In this document: piece after piece, positions 10,273 to 19,335 of the stretch | Numbering within the stretch: position 1 is the first letter of the stretch | Layout of the letters: every line of letters starts with the position of its first letter | Sequence record: SRR22947727_5184 | DNA: 40,775 bases | Reading direction: 5' to 3' (one strand) | Notes under the pieces: model-generated | What the model was told of the DNA's origin: nothing | Seen by the model: the letters and a program-made list of their open reading frames with translations, nothing else | The model's database searches: none | Made by a program: the position numbers and the translations under genes

Positions 10273-10372
10273 GATTTGAGTGCAGCGAAAAGCGCCGTGT
10301 CGAGAGGGGCGTTAATCAGAAGTGTTGTGAGGTTTGCGCTCAGGGGTGGCAGCGGTGGTTAAAAGACATCAA

Positions 10373-11695
10373 ATGATCAATCGACTCTTAGACGCGCTCA
10401 GGCGAACGCTCTGGTGCTTGTCGGTGTGCGCCATATCGATGGGTGCCGCTGCGCAAGAGCCGCTCGGTGATGAAGAGCGGGACGACGACGATGAGCCCAA
10501 TCAGCACTCGATTATCGAACCGATTGGTACCGACTCTGACCGCTCACAATGGTTTTTTGAGGGCGCCGAGCTGGTGCTCAAACCACGAACCTATTATCTG
10601 CACCGAGATTATGATGCGGCCAATACGCGGGAAGGACTCGCCTTAGGTGGTGCACTGGAATTCCGCTCAGGTTGGTGGCAAGACCGCGTTCAATTGGGGG
10701 CAACACTCTCCACCTCGCAAAAAGTGTACGGCCCGTCGAGTAAAGACGGCACGCAACTTTTTAAGCCTGGCCCCGAGGGCTTTTCGGTGGTCAGTGAAGC
10801 CTACGCCACGCTGCGTTTGGGCGGGGATCATGGTATTCGGATCGGGCGCCAATCGCTGGATTTGCCCTACCTCGGGAAGCACGATCTGCGCATGATCCCG
10901 AACACCTTTGAAGCGGTAGGCGTTGGTAACAAACCCGGTGACGGCCTCGCCTACATGGCCGGCTATGTTGACAAGATCAAATATAAAGACAGTGACGAAT
11001 TTATCCCGATGTCCGAGGCAGCCGGCGCAGCGGGCACGGATAAAGGACTCACTTTTTTTGGGGCGCGATATCGGATATCCGATCAATCGGTGTATGGCGT
11101 TTTGCACCAGAGGACCCCTGACCTTTTTGACACCACCTTCGCCAAGGCTGAAACGCGATTTAGGTTGTCTGACGCCACCAGTCTGTGGGCCGATGTGTCT
11201 TATACGAAGCAGCGTAGTATCGGCGACGAACTGATTGGCGATTTTTCGACACACCTTATTTCTGCCAGCCTTCAGTTCGTGATCGGCGCGAATAAATTTC
11301 GTATGGCAATGAGCCGTACCGATGACGGTGGCGACATTCAAAAGCCTTACGGTAATCCCGCCAATTATTTGTCGATCATCATCAACGATTTTGATCGCGC
11401 TGAGGAAGACGCCGTCATGATGGGGTTTTCCCACGATTTTGGGCAGGTGGGTCCCGGTGAGCTGAGTCTCTTTGCCAATATTGCGTGGGGAGATACGCCC
11501 GAATCAGGCCCCAATGCGAGCCCCGATGCGACCGAGCTGGATCTAACGGTAGATTGGCGATTGAACGAGGGCTGGTCTGAGCGCGTATGGATCCGATTCC
11601 GGGGGGCGTGGGTGAATCAAGATGATGCGTTCCCGGGAGCGGACAACCTCTTTGACTTCAGGATTATTGTTAACTACGACTTCGATTTACTCTAA
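10373..11695 (+). CDS. OprD-family outer membrane porin
   Basis: Signal peptide, amphipathic beta strands, RIGRQSLDLP..D.RMIPNTFE motif, C-terminal FRIIVNYDFDLL; start position uncertain. Confidence 0.82.
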   Translation: MINRLLDALRRTLWCLSVCAISMGAAAQEPLGDEERDDDDEPNQHSIIEPIGTDSDRSQWFFEGAELVLKPRTYYLHRDYDAANTREGLALGGALEFRSGWWQDRVQLGATLSTSQKVYGPSSKDGTQLFKPGPEGFSVVSEAYATLRLGGDHGIRIGRQSLDLPYLGKHDLRMIPNTFEAVGVGNKPGDGLAYMAGYVDKIKYKDSDEFIPMSEAAGAAGTDKGLTFFGARYRISDQSVYGVLHQRTPDLFDTTFAKAETRFRLSDATSLWADVSYTKQRSIGDELIGDFSTHLISASLQFVIGANKFRMAMSRTDDGGDIQKPYGNPANYLSIIINDFDRAEEDAVMMGFSHDFGQVGPGELSLFANIAWGDTPESGPNASPDATELDLTVDWRLNEGWSERVWIRFRGAWVNQDDAFPGADNLFDFRIIVNYDFDLL

Positions 11696-11798
11696 TGATC
11701 CACTGAGCACTCTGTTGGCGCTCGAGTCGCACCGCAGACAACCACTCTAATGTGAGTAGCTCTGCGTCTCGCGTGATCCTAATGCCTTAGGGTTTTGC

Positions 11799-14700
11799 TT
11801 AGTGGGGGCTTTGCTCATCAGCTAATTCTTGCGACAGTTTGCGACTCGCAGAGGCACGTGCTGAGGCAAATCGGGCAATACCCAAGTACGCGACAGGGGT
11901 GAGATACAAGGTAAACGCGGTCGCGAGGCCCATTCCACCAAATACCACCCAGCCAACTGCAGACCTCGCCTCTGAGCCGGGCCCTGTTGCCAAAATCAGG
12001 GGTAGGGCGCCGAAGATGGTAGAGACCAGTGTCATGACGATGGGGCGTAAGCGCGTGCGCGCGGCCGCTTCTATTGCCTCTCTGACGCTGTACCCCTTGT
12101 CACGCAGCTGGTCCGCAAATTCGACCAGCAGAATGCCATTTTTGGCGATCAACCCAATGAGCATCACAAGCCCTACTTGTGAATAAATATTGAGTGATGT
12201 ACCGGTTAAAAATAGGGCGAATATTGCAGCGGCTAATCCAAAGGGCACAATCGCCATGATGACCAATGCCGAGGTGATCCCCTCAAATTGTGCGACCAAG
12301 ACAAGAAAGACAATGAGTAGGGCAAAGGCGTAAGTGATCACTGTTTCACGGTTGGTCTCGACCAAGGCTGCAGCCTCGCCACGCGTAATGAGCGTGACAT
12401 GATCGGGCAATACCTCATCCGCCAAGGTAAAGAGTTCGTCGATAGCCCTTTGCATCGCAACGCCGGGTTTGATTTCGACATCGAGCTCAATAGCCCGCCG
12501 CTGAGCCCTCCGATCGAGTTGGCCAGCGACTCCTTTCTCCGAGAGCTGTACTAAGCTCGATAGGGGAACCAGCGCACCCTCGCCTGTGCGCACGTAGAGG
12601 TTCACAAGATCATCAGGATCTCGGATCTTGTCAGACCCTGCCTCGAGGACAATCGGGACGGTTTGATCGTCAGCGTTGAGATCGATCACTCGTGAACCAT
12701 CGACCATGACACGCAAGGTTTGGGCAATATCATCGAGTGACACATTCAAATCTGATGCGCGTTCGCGATCAATTTTGACTGAGAGTTGCGGTTGGGAAGG
12801 GTCGTAGCTAATACGTGGCCTGCTCACACTATCGAGGCGTGTGCGTATGTGGTCTGTGTAGTCTCGAGCGACGGCGTAAATATCGTCATAGTCAGTGCCC
12901 AATAAGGCGAGACTCAGTCCGCCGCTGGAGGCCCCCCGCAAGTTAAGGGAGTTTGCGGCGAAGATGCGCGTCGTCATGCCGGGGAGTTCGGCAAACAAGG
13001 GTTTTAACTCCGCAGCGATGGCTTGTTGGCTGCGGTCGCGATCATCCCAGTGGGCCAGTCGCGCCACCATAAAAACGATATTGGGATCCCAGCGACCAAT
13101 CACTGAGTACAAGCTGTCGATCTCACCGTTTTCGAGCAGTGGCACTAAGATGTTTTCCATGCGATCGGCTTGGCGTTCAGCGTAGTCAAGGCCGACCCCA
13201 TCGGGCCCTCTTGCGAACAGATTAATCGTGCCACGATCTTCTTTGGGGAGGAGCTCTTGATCCAATTGAGAATACAAGGCCGCGGCACTACTGGCTGCGA
13301 CGACGCAGGCAATAAAAGTTCGCCACGGAGTGTTGAGAACGAACCGGAGGGATCGATGATACTGCTCGGCCAATTGCATGCCGATAACCGCGAGCCGCCG
13401 TTCTTTGGGCGCAGCGGGCGGTAAATTCGCCATCGCTGCGGGCACCAAACTCAATGCAACAAAGGAAGAGATCGCGACAGCCACAGCGAGCACCAAACCG
13501 AATTCTTGAAATAACCGGCCTGCTGTCCCCGGCAGAAAGGCGATCGGTATAAAGACGGCGACCAGCACGGCGGTGGTGGCAATCACGGCAAAAAAGACTC
13601 TGCGAGTGCCGGTGACCGCCGCGGCGCTCGGGCCCGCACCTTCAGAGCGACGTTGCTGCACACTTTCGAGCACCACGATGGCGTCATCGACAATGAGGCC
13701 AGCTGCGAGCACCAGTGCCAGAAGCGTCAGAATATTGACCGAGAACCCGAGTGCCCAGCTCGCTGCTAAAGTCCCCAGTAAGGATACGGGTATCGCAATG
13801 GCGGGAATCAAGGTCAACCGCATTGAGCCCGTAAAAAGTCTGATGGTGCCGATGACCACCAAGATCGAAATGAGTAAGGTGGTGATGACTTCGCGCACCG
13901 ATCCGCGAATAAAAATAGAGTCGTCGGATATCACCTGCAGTGTCACACCATTCATTCTGTCATTAATGTCTTTAACGGCGGTGCGCACACCCTCGGCAAT
14001 CTCAATCGTATTGGAGCCCGCTTGCCGGATGATGCCGATGCCCACTACTCGCTCGCCGTTAAGTCTGACAAAACCCGTTGAGTCCTCCGGTGAAAAGGCG
14101 ACCTTTGCGACATTGCCGATACGGATCTGATCTCGGATGATGAGCGAGGCAATGTCTTCTTCTTTGGTGACGGCGGCATCCGCACGCACCAATAATTGTT
14201 GATCCCCTGCGCGAAAGCTACCGGCGGGGACATCGAGCGGCGCGGCGCGCAGCACGGCAGTGACATCCGCCACGGTGAGCCCATAGCTGGTGAGTCGCAG
14301 GGGGTCTAATATGATTCTGAGGACACGCTGCCGTGACCCAAATAGTGGCACATCGGCCACACCGGGGAGTGAGATAAAGCGGGGCACGATGTCCTGCTCG
14401 ATCACTCGGTTGAGCGCTTCCTCAGCATAAACGTTGGATTTGACGGCAATGCGAATGATTTCTTCTGAGCGTTCATCCGCTTTGAAGACGGAGAGTTGCT
14501 CCACTGCGTCGGGTAGGTCGCGTTCAATTCGACTGACGGCCTCGCGGACATCAGAAGCGGCCTGATCGACATCAATATCCGAGCGGAATTCGATCCAGAT
14601 GCGGGTGTTGTTCTCCTCACTGGCTGAGTTGATCTCTAGCGCACCAGAGACCCGTGCTGCGGCTCCTTCGAGTAGTCGAGTGACCTCAGCATCCATCGTC

Positions 14701-14897
14701 TCGGGCGACGCGCCTGGTAAGAAAGCGCGCACTGACACGATAGGTCGGTCGACATCGGGCAACTCTCTCACTTCAATTGCCAGCAGTGCCGCAAGTCCGC
14801 CGATGGCGATGAGCAAATTCAGAACCAGCACCAACCAAGGTCGCCTGACCCCGAGTTCGGGCAGGCCTCCTTGTAAAAAACGGCTTGGTTCAGCCAC
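11799..14897 (-). CDS. Efflux RND transporter permease (AcrB/AcrD/AcrF family)
   Basis: GLIVDDAIVVLE, AKNGILLVEFA and RLRPIVMT motifs, about 1030 aa; GTG at 14897 overlapping the adaptor stop chosen over ATG 14939. Confidence 0.95.
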   Translation of the reverse strand: MAEPSRFLQGGLPELGVRRPWLVLVLNLLIAIGGLAALLAIEVRELPDVDRPIVSVRAFLPGASPETMDAEVTRLLEGAAARVSGALEINSASEENNTRIWIEFRSDIDVDQAASDVREAVSRIERDLPDAVEQLSVFKADERSEEIIRIAVKSNVYAEEALNRVIEQDIVPRFISLPGVADVPLFGSRQRVLRIILDPLRLTSYGLTVADVTAVLRAAPLDVPAGSFRAGDQQLLVRADAAVTKEEDIASLIIRDQIRIGNVAKVAFSPEDSTGFVRLNGERVVGIGIIRQAGSNTIEIAEGVRTAVKDINDRMNGVTLQVISDDSIFIRGSVREVITTLLISILVVIGTIRLFTGSMRLTLIPAIAIPVSLLGTLAASWALGFSVNILTLLALVLAAGLIVDDAIVVLESVQQRRSEGAGPSAAAVTGTRRVFFAVIATTAVLVAVFIPIAFLPGTAGRLFQEFGLVLAVAVAISSFVALSLVPAAMANLPPAAPKERRLAVIGMQLAEQYHRSLRFVLNTPWRTFIACVVAASSAAALYSQLDQELLPKEDRGTINLFARGPDGVGLDYAERQADRMENILVPLLENGEIDSLYSVIGRWDPNIVFMVARLAHWDDRDRSQQAIAAELKPLFAELPGMTTRIFAANSLNLRGASSGGLSLALLGTDYDDIYAVARDYTDHIRTRLDSVSRPRISYDPSQPQLSVKIDRERASDLNVSLDDIAQTLRVMVDGSRVIDLNADDQTVPIVLEAGSDKIRDPDDLVNLYVRTGEGALVPLSSLVQLSEKGVAGQLDRRAQRRAIELDVEIKPGVAMQRAIDELFTLADEVLPDHVTLITRGEAAALVETNRETVITYAFALLIVFLVLVAQFEGITSALVIMAIVPFGLAAAIFALFLTGTSLNIYSQVGLVMLIGLIAKNGILLVEFADQLRDKGYSVREAIEAAARTRLRPIVMTLVSTIFGALPLILATGPGSEARSAVGWVVFGGMGLATAFTLYLTPVAYLGIARFASARASASRKLSQELADEQSPH

Positions 14898-16020
14898 TGT
14901 TAGTGGGCTCTGTCGAACCGGTGCCGATGGGCGACGCATCGGCGTCCAGTGCCTTCGAGGAGATGACCTTCAAAGCGGCGCCGGCACGAACCGCTTGAAC
15001 ACCCTCTATGACCACACGCTCGCCTTCCGTCAAATCGCCCTCCACCAATATAGAACCGGCAAACCTTTTGACTAAGCGGATCTCGCGCCGCACAGCACGT
15101 CCTTCATCGACAATCCAGACATAAGCACCATCGGCGCCCCATTGCACCGCCACATCGGGCACTGAGAGATACTGCCCCCGCGACGCGTCAACACTGATCT
15201 CAAAGGCCATACCCGGTCTGAATTGATCCTCAGTGTTGTCAATCGCGGCTCGCGCAATAAAAGAGCGAGAATTGATGTCGATACGTGAATCGACTGCGGT
15301 AACTTCTCCTTGCACCGCAATATCGGCGGCATCCCAAAGGCGAACTGCCACCGGTGTGCCACGAGTGACCCGCTCGACATAGACTTCTGGCACCGAAAAA
15401 TTCACGAGTAGCACGCTGCGATCGTCAATCGTTGTGACCAGTGTGCTGGTGTCGATTCGATCCCCCACGTCCACTTCGGTAATGCCCACGTTGCCTTGAA
15501 AAGGTGCTCTAATTCGCCGTCGATCTAACGCGACTTGCGACTGCGCCAGCGCAATACGTGTACTGTCTACGGCGGCGCGGGCATCGTCTAACTGGCTTTC
15601 GGCGATATTCATGTCCTGGGTGTTGACGGTCATGTAACGTCGCACCAAACGCTCTGCATCAGCCAGTTGCACGGTAGCCAGTTCAACCGCTAATCGCTCG
15701 TCACGATCATCGAGTTGCAGCAGCGTTTGCCCTGTTGCTACCAGGCTGTCTGCTTCAATATTAATGGCGGTGACGCGGCCGGAATTCTCGGCATAAATGA
15801 CCACACTTTTGAGTGCCCTTGCAGTGCCCACTGATGTCAGTCGCTCATTGAGGTCTGTCAGTAGCACAGGTGCCGTTACGACAGGTGCGCCTCCAGATTG
15901 CCCATCAAAGCGGGTTGGGTTGTCGCCGGTGCTGCGATCATCACCACATCCAGTCACCGCCAGCACGATGGCAATCGTCGCGGTGGCTAGGGTTGTGATC
16001 ACCCCTTGTGAGTGCTTCAT
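14890..16020 (-). CDS. Efflux RND periplasmic adaptor (membrane fusion) lipoprotein
   Basis: Lipobox LAVTG-C, helical hairpin, IRAPFQG and FRPGM motifs; directly upstream of the permease. Confidence 0.93.
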   Translation of the reverse strand: MKHSQGVITTLATATIAIVLAVTGCGDDRSTGDNPTRFDGQSGGAPVVTAPVLLTDLNERLTSVGTARALKSVVIYAENSGRVTAINIEADSLVATGQTLLQLDDRDERLAVELATVQLADAERLVRRYMTVNTQDMNIAESQLDDARAAVDSTRIALAQSQVALDRRRIRAPFQGNVGITEVDVGDRIDTSTLVTTIDDRSVLLVNFSVPEVYVERVTRGTPVAVRLWDAADIAVQGEVTAVDSRIDINSRSFIARAAIDNTEDQFRPGMAFEISVDASRGQYLSVPDVAVQWGADGAYVWIVDEGRAVRREIRLVKRFAGSILVEGDLTEGERVVIEGVQAVRAGAALKVISSKALDADASPIGTGSTEPTNSG

Positions 16021-16312
16021 CGGCAGTTGGTCTCTGACAGCGGCGAATAGCGTATTGCGAACGTGTGATGTGAGCGTGTCGCTGACGCCTAAATAGTCGA
16101 TTACTTGAAGGGATTCTACTCTAATTGGCTACCTTCGGATGTGTCAAAAATGGCCTATCGTGTGGTGAAAGCAACGCGAACTGAGCCGTTTTCCCCTTTG
16201 TCGCTGTCGCGGAGTAGTAGTCTTGCTGGTGGGTAAACGAGGCGGGCGCTAATAGGTCTGCCGAGGACGCTGGGATCGGTTACAGTAGGGTCGCAATAGA
16301 GGAACCGCTCCG

Positions 16313-16453
16313 ATGACAGAGATAACGCCTAATACCCGTCCAGCTTCGCTCCCATGCCGAGGGTGCCCGACAGACTGTATTTATCGAGATCGATGCGATG
16401 GACAGCCATGGCGCATCCCTCGCGAAGAGACCAGTACCCCACCCGAGCGCTAA
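16313..16453 (+). CDS. 46-aa Cys-rich microprotein (CxxCxxxCxxxxxC), below the ORF-track cutoff
   Basis: MTEITPNTRPASLPCRGCPTDCIYRDRCDGQPWRIPREETSTPPER*; AGAGGA RBS at 16298-16303; fills an otherwise empty gap before DUF423. Confidence 0.65.
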   Translation: MTEITPNTRPASLPCRGCPTDCIYRDRCDGQPWRIPREETSTPPER

Positions 16454-16476
16454 GTGATGCAAGCGAGGAGGTGGCG

Positions 16477-16839
16477 ATGAATCACGCTTTGGCGGTTGCA
16501 GGACTACTCGGAGCAACAGGGGTTGCGGCCGGTGCCTTTGGCGCTCATGCGCTCGAGGCCTTGGTGACTCAGGCACAATTGGATATCTGGGCGACAGCAG
16601 CACAGTATCATTTGATCCACGCCGTAGTGGTAATGACCCTTGCGCTCAGCGCCAATAACGATGGCATGTCACTGGGCCCGTGGCCGGTCATCGGGTTCAC
16701 CGGGGGTGTGGTCCTATTCTCTTTTTCCCTCTATGCCTATGTCCTAACGGGAATCGCGATGTTCGCCATGGTGACGCCGTTTGGCGGAACCCTGTTAATA
16801 CTGAGTTGGTTGTTACTCATTTATCGTGGGGTTAGGTGA
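16477..16839 (+). CDS. DUF423 (YgdD/TMEM256) family membrane protein
   Basis: GAFGAHAL, TAAQYHLIHA, LFSFSLY and TPFGG motifs; GAGGAGG RBS before ATG 16477. Confidence 0.9.
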   Translation: MNHALAVAGLLGATGVAAGAFGAHALEALVTQAQLDIWATAAQYHLIHAVVVMTLALSANNDGMSLGPWPVIGFTGGVVLFSFSLYAYVLTGIAMFAMVTPFGGTLLILSWLLLIYRGVR

Positions 16840-17016
16840 CACCGGCGAGCGATGGTGGCCATTTTGAGGTGACAAACCGTCAGCGAGAGCTGAAAATGAT
16901 GCGGCGATTCATCCTGGTCAATTGCGTGCAGTGGGCGGGAGGCTGGTAGGGGCGTTTTTGTTGACGTACTATCCACGCTCTAATTTTTTAAGGCTCACGT
17001 ATAAGGAAGTGTCGTT

Positions 17017-18096
17017 ATGATTTCAGTTTCTCTCTCGCCTGCCCGCCATGCTTTATTAGGCGCCGCCATTGCTGTTGCAGCGTCCGCAACCACCTCGGCC
17101 GACCCTGTTGGCTCAATCGACGATTTTTTTCAGCCTGGCGGGGTCACTGCTACGGTAGAGAATTACCCGACATTAGAAACGTCTCGACAGCTACTGATTG
17201 CGCAAGGTCGGGCTGCCGTGAATGACATCGCCCACAACCGAAAACTCACCCCTACAGACGATCAGCCTGTCGTGCGGATGAACCGAGATACTTACTATAG
17301 CTTTGCGGTAGTCGATGTGTCAGCGGGTGCGTCGATCACGATTCCGTCTCTGCCCGATGGAAAATACGTCTCGGTTCAGCCGGTGACGATGGATCATAGG
17401 ATTCAACCGATGTCGTACGGCAGCGGGACGTTTGAGCTGGCCACTCACTTTGGCACTCACTTGTATCTGGTGATTCGTCTCGACAATACGCTGAGCGAAT
17501 CAGAGGCTAACGCCATACAAGATGGCATGGTCATTACTGCAGTCAGCGCCGAACCCTTCGCCGCCGAGCCGGTCGACCGAGATAGTTTTGATGCGGTTGA
17601 GTTATCACTGCGTCAACAGTTGCCCGAATTGGTGGCGAAGTATGGAGGCGATATTGTCTCCGGGATGTTTACAGCGCCCACTGACGATTCACGCGGTATG
17701 TTCAATGTTGAAAAGTACACCGTGGGAGCCGCTATCGGCTGGGGCGGGGCTCAGCTGACCGATAATGTTTATGAGAGTTCGCCGAATTACCCAGCAGAGG
17801 GGTGCTACTCAGCGACTTTTGAGGACCCCGATAACGGCGCTTTCTGGTCGTTCACGGTATACGATGAAAACGGCTTCATGTTCGATGACGTCGCCCACAT
17901 GAGTTCCGATATTGCTACTGCAAATGACGATGGGACCTACACCGTAAATATGGGATGTGGCGCAGACGTAGCCAACAATTTGCCCATTTCCAACGAGACG
18001 GGCGTCTTCAACTTTATTGTGCGGCATTACATCCCGTCTGACCGGGTGAAGTTTGACGGCTACCGACTCATGCCCTTGGTTCAGAAGGCGGACTAA
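17017..18096 (+). CDS. Exported DUF1254/DUF1214 domain protein
   Basis: Signal peptide; VVRMNRDTYYS, AFWSFTVY and FIVRHYIP motifs; AAGGA RBS. Confidence 0.85.
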   Translation: MISVSLSPARHALLGAAIAVAASATTSADPVGSIDDFFQPGGVTATVENYPTLETSRQLLIAQGRAAVNDIAHNRKLTPTDDQPVVRMNRDTYYSFAVVDVSAGASITIPSLPDGKYVSVQPVTMDHRIQPMSYGSGTFELATHFGTHLYLVIRLDNTLSESEANAIQDGMVITAVSAEPFAAEPVDRDSFDAVELSLRQQLPELVAKYGGDIVSGMFTAPTDDSRGMFNVEKYTVGAAIGWGGAQLTDNVYESSPNYPAEGCYSATFEDPDNGAFWSFTVYDENGFMFDDVAHMSSDIATANDDGTYTVNMGCGADVANNLPISNETGVFNFIVRHYIPSDRVKFDGYRLMPLVQKAD

Positions 18097-18121
18097 AATG
18101 CCGAACCGCTTGCTGATTAAG

Positions 18122-18160
18122 ACCCTATCGGTAGCGCATTATGTGCCTGCCGATAAGGGT
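18122..18160. terminator. Long imperfect hairpin between convergent genes
   Basis: ACCCTATCGGTAGCGCAT pairs imperfectly with ATGTGCCTGCCGATAAGGGT; no U tract. Confidence 0.5.
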
Positions 18161-18387
18161 ATTGCTCAACGTGAGAGGTGGCATAAAGCCCAGCCAAATA
18201 AATGCCCAGCCACCCCTAAAGCTCGTTGGTAGGCTATGGGGCAACCGGGTTGATGTGAGGCGAGATGCCGCTAACTGGCGCGCGTCGCCAACATTCGAGG
18301 GAGTAAGGCTATTTTTTTGCGCCAGCCCATAGCATCGGGCCGGAGGGCATCACTTTTGCGGCGCGACGTAAAGCAACTGGTTTTCGC

Positions 18388-19335
18388 CTAGACCATTCCT
18401 GCCATTCTCACTTTGAGCGCGGGGTCGGTAGGGTCCGTCCAGTCCTGTCGCGCCGCCCATTGCTCAAATGAGGCGGGTCGGTGCGTAAAAATGTGATTGA
18501 TGTGCGCAGTGTCTGCGATCAAAGGAGACACGTCCTGCGTGTTGTAGAAACGATAAAACCCCGCCATGCGATCGTAGATTGACAGCGGTTCTACTTTTTC
18601 TGAACCGGTCACCAACAAGCTCATGCCGGAGGCAAACTGGTCCGGGGTTAGGCTATTGAAGGTAACGGTTTTTCCCGTCACCTTGCTCAGGCTTTCGGCA
18701 AGTTGATCCCCCACTAAGGCCTCTGGTCCCCCGATCGCGTAACGACCACTGGGGATATCATCGCGGCTAAGCGCCTCCACCATGTAGGCGGCGACATCGT
18801 CGAGGCAGATCCATGAAATCAATAAATCTGGTTTAGCCGGGTAGGCAAAGATGCCTTGATTAACAATGGCTGGCTTATTCCAGCTTCGGATCAGATTGTC
18901 CATGAATACCTTGGGCTCGAAAATAGCGTAGGCCGTCTCGCTGTCAATAATGGCTTGCTCGATATCGCGGCGGCCATCGTGGGCGGGGTTGCCGTTTTCC
19001 TGTTCAGCGACAAAGCAGCTGGTGTTAAAGACAATTTTTTTAACGCCATTTTCGTTGGCTGCGGCTGCGATATTATTTCCTAAGCTTGCGGCCATCTCGC
19101 GATCAAAAACAAAGGGTAGATGCGCGGCGATCGCGTCGGTACCGTGTGCCGCCTTAATCATAGATTGCGCGTCATACAGATCTGCTTGCACTGTTTCGAC
19201 ATGGGCAAACTCTGTGCCCTGTAAAGCGTCAGGATTTCGCAGCGCGGCGACGGGTGTGAAGCCCGCATCCATCAAGCGAGTCAGGAGGGGATGGCCTTGG
19301 TCTCCCGTTGCGCCAAGCACTAACACTCTGGTCAT
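18388..19335 (-). CDS. NmrA-family NAD(P)-binding protein (atypical SDR)
   Basis: VLGATGDQG Rossmann motif, FMDN and SWICLDDVA; ATGA overlap with the upstream gene. Confidence 0.85.
   Translation of the reverse strand: MTRVLVLGATGDQGHPLLTRLMDAGFTPVAALRNPDALQGTEFAHVETVQADLYDAQSMIKAAHGTDAIAAHLPFVFDREMAASLGNNIAAAANENGVKKIVFNTSCFVAEQENGNPAHDGRRDIEQAIIDSETAYAIFEPKVFMDNLIRSWNKPAIVNQGIFAYPAKPDLLISWICLDDVAAYMVEALSRDDIPSGRYAIGGPEALVGDQLAESLSKVTGKTVTFNSLTPDQFASGMSLLVTGSEKVEPLSIYDRMAGFYRFYNTQDVSPLIADTAHINHIFTHRPASFEQWAARQDWTDPTDPALKVRMAGMV

Noticed and set aside
10667-11434. 255-aa antisense ORF, and similar ones at 13573-14130, 24622-25215 and 19930-20409
   Set aside because: They are shadows of well-supported genes on the opposite strand and carry no recognisable motifs
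10373-11695. Porin as the outer-membrane channel of the adjacent RND pump
   Set aside because: It has an OprD-type beta-barrel pattern rather than the helical TolC/OprM pattern, and it is convergently transcribed
16354-16476. 41-aa N-terminal extension of DUF423 in the ORF track
   Set aside because: The strong RBS is at ATG 16477, and the extension overlaps the better-supported Cys microprotein in another frame
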